Below are positions 1 to 10,086 of a stretch of 13,672 nucleotides of DNA, one piece after another. A program made the position numbers and the translations under genes. Origin of the DNA: Campylobacterota bacterium. GTDB taxonomy: Bacteria; Campylobacterota; Campylobacteria; Campylobacterales; Sulfurovaceae. Below the pieces are notes generated by a model. The model searched no databases. It worked only from the letters and a program-made list of their open reading frames with translations, and had not been told where the DNA came from. The stretch covers positions 1-13,672 of the forward strand of contig JAYEOM010000070.1 of the NCBI GenBank assembly GCA_034722955.1, read 5' to 3'. How positions within the stretch are numbered: the first letter of the stretch is position 1; the number at the start of each line of letters is the position of its first letter.

Positions 1-123
1 AAATCTATTTCCACATTGGCAACTTAAATATCAATGATTTTAGCAATAGGAGCCGTGTGATGGGAGACTATCAAGCACGGTTCTGTGAGAGCCTTGAAGT
101 GTGATTCTTTGGGGCTACTCGAC
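1..123 (+). mobile_element. 3' end of a group II intron (end of domain IV ORF, domain V, domain VI), probably bacterial class D / IIB-type; 5' part lies outside the window
   Basis: Canonical 34-nt domain V at 50-83: GAGCCGTGT-GATGG-GAGA-CTATC-AA-GCACGGTTC, with AGC catalytic triad, GNRA loop and 2-nt bulge. Domain VI follows: GAG-AGCCTTGAAG pairing with CTTTGGGGCT-A-CTC, bulged branch A at 117, ending ...CTACTCGAC. The 3' splice site is about 123 (+/-1). Confidence 0.93.
2..37 (+). CDS. C-terminus of group II intron reverse transcriptase/maturase (partial, 5' truncated)
   Basis: Frame reads NLFPHWQLKYQ*. LFxHW resembles the C-terminal motif of endonuclease-less class D intron-encoded proteins. 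The stop lies 12 nt before domain V. Confidence 0.75.
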   Translation, partial: NLFPHWQLKYQ

Positions 124-193
124 TGATGCCAATGCTACTATAATCTAAACTACGCTACAATCCTCACAAAGGAGTAGCCGATGCCACGAGGTT

Positions 194-290
194 CTACACC
201 CCTGCCGTTCAATCTCCACTTTTGTGATTTTAATTACCATGGAAATAGCCGACTTAGATAACCCAAGATAGTTAGCAATCTCAATTCGTG
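194..290 (-). pseudogene. Helix-turn-helix fragment, possibly the C-terminal remnant of a REP-associated (Y1/RAYT-like) transposase or a regulator
   Basis: Minus strand reads IEIANYLGLSKSAISMVIK, a typical HTH pattern (EIAxxLGLSxSAIS). There is no credible start; the 104-aa ORF containing it begins upstream of and runs through the tRNA. The family assignment is from recollection only. Confidence 0.4.
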
Positions 291-377
291 ACTTAATGAT
301 CTGTCCATAATCAACATTTTGAATGCATTTAGACATAATTGACAAAGAATATCCAAAAGGTAAGTGGGAGTTTATAC

Positions 378-455
378 TGGTCGGAGTGACAGGACTTGAA
401 CCTGCGACCTCTTCCACCCCAAGGAAGTGCGCTAGCCAGACTGCGCTACACCCCG
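378..455 (-). tRNA. tRNA-Pro (anticodon GGG)
   Basis: Reverse complement: CGGGGTG TA GCGC AGTCTGGCTA GCGC A CTTCC TTGGGGT GGAAG AGGTC GCAGG TTCAAGT CCTGT CACTCCG A CCA. This gives a full cloverleaf, C1-G72, discriminator A and encoded CCA. Confidence 0.97.
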
Positions 456-472
456 ACATATTGGGAGGGGCA

Positions 473-478
473 ATTATA
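473..478 (-). promoter_or_regulatory. Putative sigma70 -10 box for tRNA-Pro
   Basis: TATAAT on the minus strand 17 nt upstream of the tRNA 5' end, followed by a GC-rich discriminator-like stretch (TGCCCCTCCC). Confidence 0.6.
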
Positions 479-531
479 GTGCAAGGGGGCTTAAGGATAG
501 GTACTTAGGAGCCTCCAAACAATAAATCTAC

Positions 532-3330
532 TCATCTCTTGTACTCTAGCAGACCTATCTGCATGGTTTTTTTATCACTCTCTAGCTGTATCATAATCTT
601 CTCTGACTTCTCATCTTTTGTACCATAGTGTGTGGTGAGAGTAGCGTGGATAGTGACTGGACCCGTGATACTCTGTCTTGATTCGCTAAAGTAGTTGAGA
701 TAGACGGTATACAAACCTCTGGAGGCTTCTTTGATGCTGAACTCTTCAGGTCCATAACCTTGGGTGAAATCTTTACTGATCTTGCCCCCCATTTTGGTAT
801 GAGGGTGAGAGTAAAAGCACTTCTCTCCATCGGGGTCAACTACCCATAAGTCTATATCATTTTCATTGCTGCTCCAGCTTACCGTGATGCGGATATCCAA
901 AGGCATAGGGTAGATATATGATTTTTTGACACCTTTGAGACTCAATCGTTCTCTATGTTGTGATATGAGGGCATTGTACTCATTGAAGATCGTATCTTTG
1001 ATATCATCGAATCGACCCCAATGTTTGGATAGTATATAGGTATATATGTCCAGAGCTTTTTGATACTCATGTTTCTGCTGGTAAGCGATAGCAAGATCAC
1101 GATAGGATTGCGGCTCTTCGGGACGGAGGGTTTTGATCTCTTGATATATCTTGATCGCCAAGTCATACTCTCCCTCGTCCAGCAGTCTCTTTGCTACTAC
1201 CTTGAGCAGTTCTGGATTTTCCAAGTCAAGCTCTAGTATATTGGTCAAGACTCGTACAGCCTTTTGATGCAGTCCTCTCTTGAATAGATAGTCAGAGACT
1301 TCTATATAGAAAGCGGGTCGATTGTAGTTGACTTTTTTGAATTGATAGTAGTGTTTATCGAAAGATTTGGTTCCAACTTTGCGTAGCTTTTTCATATAGG
1401 GAGCATCAGGCAACCAAGCCAAAACTTTGATGGAAGTATCTACGGAGTTGTTTGATAATTTTGCTTTTGCGACCGGTGCCGGCTCTGCTACTGGCATCAC
1501 CATCGGGGCTATGTCACCACCCATCTCTTCACTGGGTGCTATATACTCTTCATCGTCTGTCCTAGCCTCTCTCTCTGCGGTCTCCTCAATCTCATCTTCG
1601 ACTATGGGGGGATTTTTATACCATTTTTTTAGAGACTCTATTCGTTGGAGATTATGGGTATGGATACTCTGTTTTTCATCTTTGAACTCTTTTTTCTGTT
1701 GGGCTAGCAGAGTATTGTATTCTCTCCTCAGCTCTTTGGGTGGCGGTATGCCGTACTGGAGATAATCCTCGACACTATCCAAGACGATAAATGCACTCCC
1801 TTTTGTAAGGATAGAGTATTTTCTACTCAACTTCTCTATCTCTTTTTGGTTTTTTTCGCTATCTAAAGATAGGGCATCTATCTTCTGGCCTGCCCAGATG
1901 CGTGCGACAGGGGAGTCGCCCTCTCTCTTGATCTCAAAAGTTTGTTTTTGGGTTATGCCATTTTTGCCTCCGTAGTTGATCGTGATATTGGCTTTGTCTG
2001 TTTTGAGTATACCGGTGATACCAAACTCTCTACCTGTACGAGTAGGGAGATTAGGATAGACTTGAGAGATTTTGTTTTTGCTGTAACTGCAAGAGAGAAA
2101 CTTCTCTTCATCTGTGAGCAGGATATCTAAAGCCTCTTGGTGGGATAGCCTGCTTAGGTTTATAAAGTCTCCGTTGCTCTTGGAGGATACTTTTTTTAGA
2201 AAATTGTAGTTGCTTCCTGCGGCAGATGTGATAGCATAGATCGGTCTTTTACCGATCTTGACCTGCTCACCGCCTATAGTGTTGATAGCGTCTGAAAATA
2301 GAAGTATCTCATCACTGCTTTGGTCAAACTCAAGAGCCAAGAGTGTAGTGCCACCATCATTTTTTGCTCTTTTTATTGTTTTGATGAGATCAGAAGTATC
2401 TTGGTCGATTTGAAATATTTTGGTTTTATGAAGTCTATAATTGAAAAATACCAAAGATACCCTCTTCGTACCTTTGATCGATTTGAGGTAAGCATCTAGC
2501 AGTGCCAACTCTTTCGTCTTATCCTGTTTGCCAGCTGAGAGTGAGTTGTCCCAATATATAGTGATATCTTTAGGAGATTTTTTATCTATCTTTTGAAGTG
2601 TCGGGGTCTTGACATTGAGATAAAAGTAGGTTTTGCCTGCGACAGTCTGCGTAAAGAGCTGCTTTCCACTATCATCAATCGTCGGTATATCAAATTTGAT
2701 AGGTCGCTTTAGAGAAAAATTCTCTTTTTCAAAGTGCATCAAAAAGGCAGAGTTGTCTTGTGTGATATTGAGTTTGTTAAACTCTGAGAGTATGGATTTT
2801 CCTTTGGCACTACTCTTTATGATCTTGATATTCAGGGTAAATTTATCGATCGGTTCTTGATCTTGAATGGGTAGGATATATTGATCTGATAGGAGTCGCT
2901 CTGTGGTTGTTATGACGACTCGTTTGTGACCTTTGGCAGGGATAGGGTAGATTTTGGTATTGAAATAGTTACCTTTTGTGAGAGAGATGATGCCGGGGTC
3001 TATCTTTTTGCGTACTACTGCTTCAAAAGTCTGTCGAGCTTTGACCTTCTCAACTACCACACCCTCACGCAGTTTGCCATTGACTTCCAAGGCGTAACGG
3101 CTGATCGTCTGACCCTCTCCAAGAGGCATAGAAAACTCTCCAGTCAAGTCACGATCGTATGGATTATAGTAAATAATATCAAAAGTTGTAGTGGCGATAT
3201 TGCCTACTATAACGATATCGACTCTCATTTGTGATATTTTCAAACTTTTTTGTTCTGCTTTGAGTGTGGGTAGCTCTGCGAAGAGCAGTGAAGTGAATAG
3301 TCCCATCAGTAGTATAATATACTTGACCAT
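532..3330 (-). CDS. Exported VIT (vault/inter-alpha-trypsin) domain protein with vWA-like, TPR and C-terminal DUF2135 (YfaP-like) domains
   Basis: 932-aa ORF. It has a signal peptide (MVKYIILLMGLFTSLLFA), a VIT region (NIATTTFDIIYYNPYDRDLTGEFSMPL...KARQTFEAVVRKKIDPG...KIYPIPAKG), MIDAS-like WDNSLS plus LLFSDA, TPR-like helices (LRPEEPQSYRDLA), and DUF2135-like SWSSNENDIDLWVVDPDGE...DFTQGYGPEEF. RBS AAGGAG lies inside the end of tgt. Confidence 0.85.
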   Translation of the reverse strand: MVKYIILLMGLFTSLLFAELPTLKAEQKSLKISQMRVDIVIVGNIATTTFDIIYYNPYDRDLTGEFSMPLGEGQTISRYALEVNGKLREGVVVEKVKARQTFEAVVRKKIDPGIISLTKGNYFNTKIYPIPAKGHKRVVITTTERLLSDQYILPIQDQEPIDKFTLNIKIIKSSAKGKSILSEFNKLNITQDNSAFLMHFEKENFSLKRPIKFDIPTIDDSGKQLFTQTVAGKTYFYLNVKTPTLQKIDKKSPKDITIYWDNSLSAGKQDKTKELALLDAYLKSIKGTKRVSLVFFNYRLHKTKIFQIDQDTSDLIKTIKRAKNDGGTTLLALEFDQSSDEILLFSDAINTIGGEQVKIGKRPIYAITSAAGSNYNFLKKVSSKSNGDFINLSRLSHQEALDILLTDEEKFLSCSYSKNKISQVYPNLPTRTGREFGITGILKTDKANITINYGGKNGITQKQTFEIKREGDSPVARIWAGQKIDALSLDSEKNQKEIEKLSRKYSILTKGSAFIVLDSVEDYLQYGIPPPKELRREYNTLLAQQKKEFKDEKQSIHTHNLQRIESLKKWYKNPPIVEDEIEETAEREARTDDEEYIAPSEEMGGDIAPMVMPVAEPAPVAKAKLSNNSVDTSIKVLAWLPDAPYMKKLRKVGTKSFDKHYYQFKKVNYNRPAFYIEVSDYLFKRGLHQKAVRVLTNILELDLENPELLKVVAKRLLDEGEYDLAIKIYQEIKTLRPEEPQSYRDLAIAYQQKHEYQKALDIYTYILSKHWGRFDDIKDTIFNEYNALISQHRERLSLKGVKKSYIYPMPLDIRITVSWSSNENDIDLWVVDPDGEKCFYSHPHTKMGGKISKDFTQGYGPEEFSIKEASRGLYTVYLNYFSESRQSITGPVTIHATLTTHYGTKDEKSEKIMIQLESDKKTMQIGLLEYKR

Positions 3331-3332
3331 GA

Positions 3333-4490
<1,158 letters not shown>

Positions 4491-4519
4491 AGGTAGTCGT
4501 AAATACTTACTGGGGTTAT

Positions 4520-5944
4520 ATGAAAAATATATTGATACTAGCGGATGGGCCTATCTCTGGATATTTTCTAGAGTTGATAAGCAAAACAAGAATTGTTGAA
4601 AATCAGTATCATGTCGCTAGATATAGGGATGGTTCGCTTCCTGAAAAGATGAGTCGTACCATCTCTATGTGCCAAACTGATCCTACAAGCTATAGCAAAC
4701 TGCTCAAACTGATGTCTAAGAGCAACTTCTCTATGGTTTTTATCATTATGCAAGATAGAGAAGATGCTCTCTATACTTTGAAAAATACTAGGCTGGTAGA
4801 TGAAAAAGTACGCGTTGTTCTGTTGGATAAATGGGATGAGTCTTATGATGATATAGATAACTTGACAGTTATTAGCGAGCATCAACTGATGGCTGCTCAC
4901 CTATATGATCATCTGCCAAATGTACCTGTTATCGCCCAAAATGTTGGTTTGGGTGAGGGGGAGATCATGGAGATACTCGTACCATTTGGCAGTAACTACT
5001 CCTACCGTCATGTCGGTTCTATAGCACAAAGAAAATGGAAAATAGCTGCTATCTATCGTAATAAAAAACAGATCATCCCTACCTCTGCGACTACTATACA
5101 TCCCAATGATATACTGTTGGCACTGGGTAAACCTATGGTGTTGGATGGTGTCTACAAGAGCATCAACAAGCGAATGGGACTCTTCCCTGAACCATTTGGC
5201 AAGAATATCTATCTTATTCTTGATTTTGACAATGATAAAGATAAGGCATTGATCTATCTCAAGGAGAGTATCTATCTGACAGATAGACTAGAGGATAAAA
5301 AACTTTTTGTCAGGATCATCAACCCCTCTGATTTTGAACTGATCAGCCTCCTGAAAGAGGAGGAGAAAGATAATGTCTCCATATATACTTGCTATGATAC
5401 TGATGAGATTCAAGAGCTGATAGAGTATGATATACAAAATTTTAATATTGGTTTGATACTAAATAGTATCAAAACTTTTGAAAAGCTGGATCTGATGACA
5501 AAACTGTATGAACTGAGAAAATTAGTCTATCTATTTGGTGACAAATCACTATATAATATTACAGATAGTATCGTATTGATGACCAATGAAGCTGAGATGG
5601 AGTCTATCTCAGCTACTGCTATAGATCTCTCTGAGAGTCTCAATCTCAAGTTGCATCTCTGCAATTTTGATCCAGAAGGTGACTTGAAGAGTAAAAAGAT
5701 GATCATAGAGCACTATGAGACACTCTCTCAGATTTTTAACTATGGTATCATTATCGATCAAGCGGTAGTCAATCCAATAAGAGCACTGCAAAAAATGGAA
5801 AATATCATCCAAATCTCTGCATATAATCAACATATAAAAAGAAAATCTATCTTTAACCTCATCTCTACAAAGATGAAAGATTATCTGTTGAGTACTCAAA
5901 AATATCCAAAAGTACTAGTTCCTGTTGAACTTATCGAGAACTAG
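4520..5944 (+). CDS. COG3400 family protein with TrkA-C (RCK_C) domain
   Basis: 474 aa. MKNILILADG N-terminus; LPNVPVIAQNVGLGEGEIMEILVPFGSNYSYRHVGSIAQRKWKIAAIYR (RCK_C-like); FPEPFGKNIY. Position between tgt and aroB matches the Campylobacter/Helicobacter locus as I recall it. Confidence 0.85.
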   Translation: MKNILILADGPISGYFLELISKTRIVENQYHVARYRDGSLPEKMSRTISMCQTDPTSYSKLLKLMSKSNFSMVFIIMQDREDALYTLKNTRLVDEKVRVVLLDKWDESYDDIDNLTVISEHQLMAAHLYDHLPNVPVIAQNVGLGEGEIMEILVPFGSNYSYRHVGSIAQRKWKIAAIYRNKKQIIPTSATTIHPNDILLALGKPMVLDGVYKSINKRMGLFPEPFGKNIYLILDFDNDKDKALIYLKESIYLTDRLEDKKLFVRIINPSDFELISLLKEEEKDNVSIYTCYDTDEIQELIEYDIQNFNIGLILNSIKTFEKLDLMTKLYELRKLVYLFGDKSLYNITDSIVLMTNEAEMESISATAIDLSESLNLKLHLCNFDPEGDLKSKKMIIEHYETLSQIFNYGIIIDQAVVNPIRALQKMENIIQISAYNQHIKRKSIFNLISTKMKDYLLSTQKYPKVLVPVELIEN

Positions 5945-6012
5945 AGGTGGACTTAAAGATATTAAGATAAAATAATACTTAATCTTATTTTACTGCGGAG
6001 GATTTCACTGCC

Positions 6013-7059
6013 ATGATCGTACCTATTGAGCTCCTAAATACCACTACTGTCTCTTATGATATCACCATAGATTCACTACCTGATCTAAGCTTTGATACCA
6101 AGGTTGTCATCGTGACCAACCCAACTGTAGCAGGCTTTCATCTAGATAATGTGTTGCGAAAGATAGAGGCGATAGAGTTGTATGTAGTGACAGTACCTGA
6201 TGGCGAAGAGTACAAGACCTTGCAGACAGTCGAAGATATATTGGATCAGCTTTTTGAGCATAAACTTGATAGAAAATCACTCCTCATCGCACTTGGCGGA
6301 GGAGTTATAGGTGATATGACAGGATTTACTGCGTCACTCTACCAAAGAGGCATAGAGTTTATTCAGATACCTACAACTCTACTTAGTCAAGTAGATGCTA
6401 GTGTCGGAGGCAAAACCGGTGTCAACAACTCTTATGGGAAGAACCTAATAGGGGCATTTTATCAACCTAAAGCTGTCTATATAGACCCTGCATTTCTCCA
6501 TACACTCCCAGAGCGTGAATTTGCAGCTGGTGTTGCAGAGATCATAAAGATGGCTGTGATGTTTGATATTGACTATTTCAACTCTCTTGAAGAGGCCAAT
6601 CTAGGAGATGAAAGTATACTCAAAGAGACGATCAAGAGAAGTGTAGAGCTCAAAGCCGAAGTTGTCAACCAAGATGAGAAAGAGGCAGGGATCAGAGCAG
6701 TCCTCAACTATGGACACACCTTTGCCCATGTGATAGAGAAAGAGACCAACTATACGACATATCTGCATGGTGAAGCTGTAGCGATCGGTATAGTGATGGC
6801 AAACCGATTGGCTGTTAAGCTGGATCTTATGACAGTCGAAGAGGAGAGCAGGGTGATTGATCTGTTGAAAAAGTTCGATCTCCCTACAGTATATGAGATC
6901 GAAGATATTGATAAGTTTTATGAACAATTTTTCTTAGACAAAAAGAGTGCAAACAATAGCATCAAGTTTATCCTTCCCCATGGGATAGGAGGCTATAGCA
7001 TCCAGAAAGATATAGATGAATCCATCATCAAAGAAGTTCTCTTGTGGTTTGGGATATAG
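6013..7059 (+). CDS. aroB: 3-dehydroquinate synthase
   Basis: Motifs ALGGGVIGDMTGF, QIPTTLLSQVDASVGGKTGVN, KNLIGAFYQP, LNYGHTFAH, LHGEAVAIG, DKK. Confidence 0.98.
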   Translation: MIVPIELLNTTTVSYDITIDSLPDLSFDTKVVIVTNPTVAGFHLDNVLRKIEAIELYVVTVPDGEEYKTLQTVEDILDQLFEHKLDRKSLLIALGGGVIGDMTGFTASLYQRGIEFIQIPTTLLSQVDASVGGKTGVNNSYGKNLIGAFYQPKAVYIDPAFLHTLPEREFAAGVAEIIKMAVMFDIDYFNSLEEANLGDESILKETIKRSVELKAEVVNQDEKEAGIRAVLNYGHTFAHVIEKETNYTTYLHGEAVAIGIVMANRLAVKLDLMTVEEESRVIDLLKKFDLPTVYEIEDIDKFYEQFFLDKKSANNSIKFILPHGIGGYSIQKDIDESIIKEVLLWFGI

Positions 7060-7060
7060 G

Positions 7061-8839
7061 ATGATCATCCGCTCTCTTCTGATATCATCTTTTTTGATGT
7101 TGTCACTCTCTGCGGTGACAGCTCTTGGAGAAGAGAGCACTCCTATGACGCAGCTCAAAAATATCAAAGAGATCATCACCTCAACTCTATCAAGTGATGA
7201 GACCAAATCCTCTCCCATAGAGCCAAAGCAGGAGCAGAAAAACCAAAAAGAAGATCTCAATAGTAGTGAAAATATAAAAAAAGAGATTGCAGAGGATAAC
7301 AAAAAGATTGTAAGACTTCTTCTTGATCGTAAAAAAGAGTTGGATAAGTCTCTAAAGAAAAATAATATTTGGTCTAAAATCTATAGTAATTACCACACTT
7401 ATCTATATCTGATAGATGAGAAAAAAGAGATCAATAAAAAAATAACTTATCTAAATAATAGATTCAACTTAACCCAAAGTGAAAAGGCGGGTCTGGATAT
7501 TCTCATCAATAAGGAGAGGACTATTGATGGGAAGCTGCAACTCCTAGAGGAGTATGAAAAAGATCCTTTTAAGGAGATTATCAAGCCTGGATCTATAGAC
7601 GATATCCCTACCGTCAGTAATCCTATAGCTATCGTCACGGCCATCTCTTATAAAAAGAAACTTCTCTCAGAACATGAAGCATATAATGCCCGCTATCTCT
7701 CCCTCAAGCAGATAGTTAATAAGTTTCAAGAGGAGGGGAAGGTTCTCGAAGAGCTGATCAAGCTTGATCCTGAAAACCTAGAGTATAAAGAGCTACTTGT
7801 TGATATCCAAGAGAAGCTTAAAACATTTACACCTGTCTTGGATATATTTGAAACAACTCAAAGTGTTTATACCAAAAAAATAGATGAGATCAAACTAAAA
7901 CTCAGAGGTGAAATCAAGAAAGAGATGGAGAAGACTCTATCTATCGGTGGTGTTGTGCTTTTTTTCCTTGCACTCTTTTTTCTAGGAAAATTTTTAGCAC
8001 ATAAGTATATGTCCGATAATGACCGCTTCTATATGATCAATAAAGTACTCAATATTACCTTTATAACACTGCTGGTCATCATCATTCTCTTCTCCTATAT
8101 CGAAAATGTCAGTTATCTAGTGACGGTATTGGGGTTTGCCTCGGCTGGTATAGCGATCGCTATGAAAGATTGGTTTATGAGTTTGATGGGTTGGTTTGTT
8201 ATCATGATAGGGGGGTCTATACATGTAGGAGACAGGGTGAAGTTTGTCCGAGGCAATGTAGCATATGTGGGAGATATAGTGGATATATCTATGATGCGGA
8301 TGACGCTGCATGAGGATGTAACATTGACAACCTATATGGAAAATAGACGAGCCGGCAGGATCATCTTCATCCCCAATAACTATATCTTTACCGATATGAT
8401 CGCCAACTACTCTCATGCCGGTCTCAAAACGGTCTGGGATGGTATCGATCTTGTTGTTACTTTTGATTCAGATATCAATAAGGCAACCTCTATCGTCAAA
8501 GAGGTAAGCAAAAAGTACTCCAAGGGGTATACCGATATAACAAGAAAACAGCTCAACAAACTACGAAGCAGCTATAGTATACGAAATACCAATGTTGAGC
8601 CTCGTATCTTCTCTCTTATTGAGCCTTATGGTATGAAGATAAGTGTGTGGTATCTTACCAATGCTTATGCTACACTGACCTTGAGAAGTACTATCTCCCA
8701 TGAGATCATAGAGCGAATGCAGGCAGAAAAAGATATCTCTCTAGCCTATCCTACACAATCTATCTATGTAGACAAGGATGTCAGAAAACCACCTCTGCCT
8801 TCTCAAGATAGTCACAAAGATAGTGGGGCTGCCGTGTGA
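7061..8839 (+). CDS. MscS-family mechanosensitive channel with long N-terminal periplasmic coiled-coil
   Basis: Likely start is ATG 7061, immediately after the aroB stop (ORF track starts at 7016). Signal-like N-terminus, three TM helices, LGFASAGIAIAMKD, IHVGDRV, FIPNNYIFTDMIANYS, LAYPTQ. Confidence 0.9.
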   Translation: MIIRSLLISSFLMLSLSAVTALGEESTPMTQLKNIKEIITSTLSSDETKSSPIEPKQEQKNQKEDLNSSENIKKEIAEDNKKIVRLLLDRKKELDKSLKKNNIWSKIYSNYHTYLYLIDEKKEINKKITYLNNRFNLTQSEKAGLDILINKERTIDGKLQLLEEYEKDPFKEIIKPGSIDDIPTVSNPIAIVTAISYKKKLLSEHEAYNARYLSLKQIVNKFQEEGKVLEELIKLDPENLEYKELLVDIQEKLKTFTPVLDIFETTQSVYTKKIDEIKLKLRGEIKKEMEKTLSIGGVVLFFLALFFLGKFLAHKYMSDNDRFYMINKVLNITFITLLVIIILFSYIENVSYLVTVLGFASAGIAIAMKDWFMSLMGWFVIMIGGSIHVGDRVKFVRGNVAYVGDIVDISMMRMTLHEDVTLTTYMENRRAGRIIFIPNNYIFTDMIANYSHAGLKTVWDGIDLVVTFDSDINKATSIVKEVSKKYSKGYTDITRKQLNKLRSSYSIRNTNVEPRIFSLIEPYGMKISVWYLTNAYATLTLRSTISHEIIERMQAEKDISLAYPTQSIYVDKDVRKPPLPSQDSHKDSGAAV

Positions 8840-10086
8840 AGAAAAAAGTTTTTTTCAAAACATTTGGCTGTCGCACCAACCAGTTTGATACACAAGTGAT
8901 GATATCTAAACTTAGTGAGTTTGAACTCTCTATGAGTGAGAAGGAGAGTGATATTGTTGTGGTCAACTCTTGTACGGTTACCAATGGTGCGGATGCCTCT
9001 GTACGCAACTATATCTCTAGCCTCAAACGCAGCAACCCTAAAGCCAAAGTGATCTTGGCAGGATGTGGCTCACACTCCAAAGGTGAATCACTCTTTGGGG
9101 ATGATAAAGTTTTTGGTGTTATGGGACACTCAGAGAAAGAGAAGATAGATGAGATACTCAAAAGAGATGAGCGATTTTATGAGATCGGTGATCTAAAACA
9201 TATCGATTCGACAATAGTCGAAGAGTTTGTAGGCAAAAGCAGAGCCTTTATCAAGATTCAGGAGGGGTGTGATTTTCGCTGCTCATACTGTATTATCCCC
9301 TCTGTTAGAGGAGATGCTAGGAGTCATAGAGAGGAGACTATCCTTGCACAGATAGAGAAGCTCGCTAGCAATGGTTTCGGAGAGTTTATATTGACTGGTA
9401 CAAATGTCGGCAGTTATGGTAGAGATCATGGTGGCTCTATGGCGAAACTCCTCAAGAGAGTAAGCATGATCCGTGGTGTTAGACGCATCCGTATCGGAAG
9501 TTTGGAGCCTATACAGATCGATGCAGAGTTCAAAGAGATATTGAGTGAACCATGGATGGCAAAGCACCTGCATATAGCTCTACAGCATACTAGTGATAGG
9601 ATGTTGGAGCTCATGAATAGGCGTAACCGTTTTGATTCAGATATCAAACTCTTTGAAGAGATAGCATCAAAGGGGTATGCACTAGGTACAGACTATATCG
9701 TTGGACATCCGGGTGAGACAGATGAGATTTGGCATGAAGCCATAGAGAGAGTCAAGAGACTTCCTTTGACCCATGTCCATGCCTTCAGCTACTCCAAACG
9801 AGACGGCACAGCCTCTGTAGGGATGCGTCCTGAGATCAGAGGCAACATAACGAAAGAGAGACATAGAGAGTTGAGAGAGACAGTGGAAGAGAAAAACCTC
9901 TCTTTTCGTAAAAGATATAATGACAATTTAGAGGTGCTGCTAGAGAGTGGAAAGGGGAGTGTTTATCATGGTTTTGATCAATACTTTAACAGGGTAGAGG
10001 TGAGATCTGACCAAGATCTTAGTAGCAATTGGGTTCTACTCAATAATGTGGAGGTAAAACATGGCGGCAATGAAGCAAAAATCTAA
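8836..10086 (+). CDS. mtaB: tRNA t6A37 methylthiotransferase MtaB (radical SAM)
   Basis: GTG start overlapping the upstream stop (GTGA). UPF0004 motifs TFGCRTNQFDT, NSCTVT, LAGC; radical SAM motif IQEGCDFRCSYCIIP; YIVGHPGET; HAFSYSKRDGT. Confidence 0.93.
   Translation: MKKKVFFKTFGCRTNQFDTQVMISKLSEFELSMSEKESDIVVVNSCTVTNGADASVRNYISSLKRSNPKAKVILAGCGSHSKGESLFGDDKVFGVMGHSEKEKIDEILKRDERFYEIGDLKHIDSTIVEEFVGKSRAFIKIQEGCDFRCSYCIIPSVRGDARSHREETILAQIEKLASNGFGEFILTGTNVGSYGRDHGGSMAKLLKRVSMIRGVRRIRIGSLEPIQIDAEFKEILSEPWMAKHLHIALQHTSDRMLELMNRRNRFDSDIKLFEEIASKGYALGTDYIVGHPGETDEIWHEAIERVKRLPLTHVHAFSYSKRDGTASVGMRPEIRGNITKERHRELRETVEEKNLSFRKRYNDNLEVLLESGKGSVYHGFDQYFNRVEVRSDQDLSSNWVLLNNVEVKHGGNEAKI

Noticed and set aside
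1..123. Retron or DGR interpretation of the RT fragment
   Set aside because: Canonical group II domains V and VI immediately follow the stop codon; no template/variable repeat pair or msr-msd structure is visible.
194..454. 9-bp direct repeat CTACACCCC at 194-202 and 446-454 (tRNA 5' end) as an att site
   Set aside because: Too short and matches the tRNA 5' end rather than the 3' half normally duplicated by integrases; probably chance.
145..508. ORFs 145..459 (-) and 323..508 (+)
   Set aside because: Both run through the tRNA gene (VAGSSPVTPT and GLEPATS are tRNA shadow translations). Only the HTH-like segment was kept as a remnant.
7016..7060. Upstream start of the MscS gene at 7016
   Set aside because: Overlaps aroB by 44 nt; ATG 7061 directly after the aroB stop gives a cleaner signal-like N-terminus.
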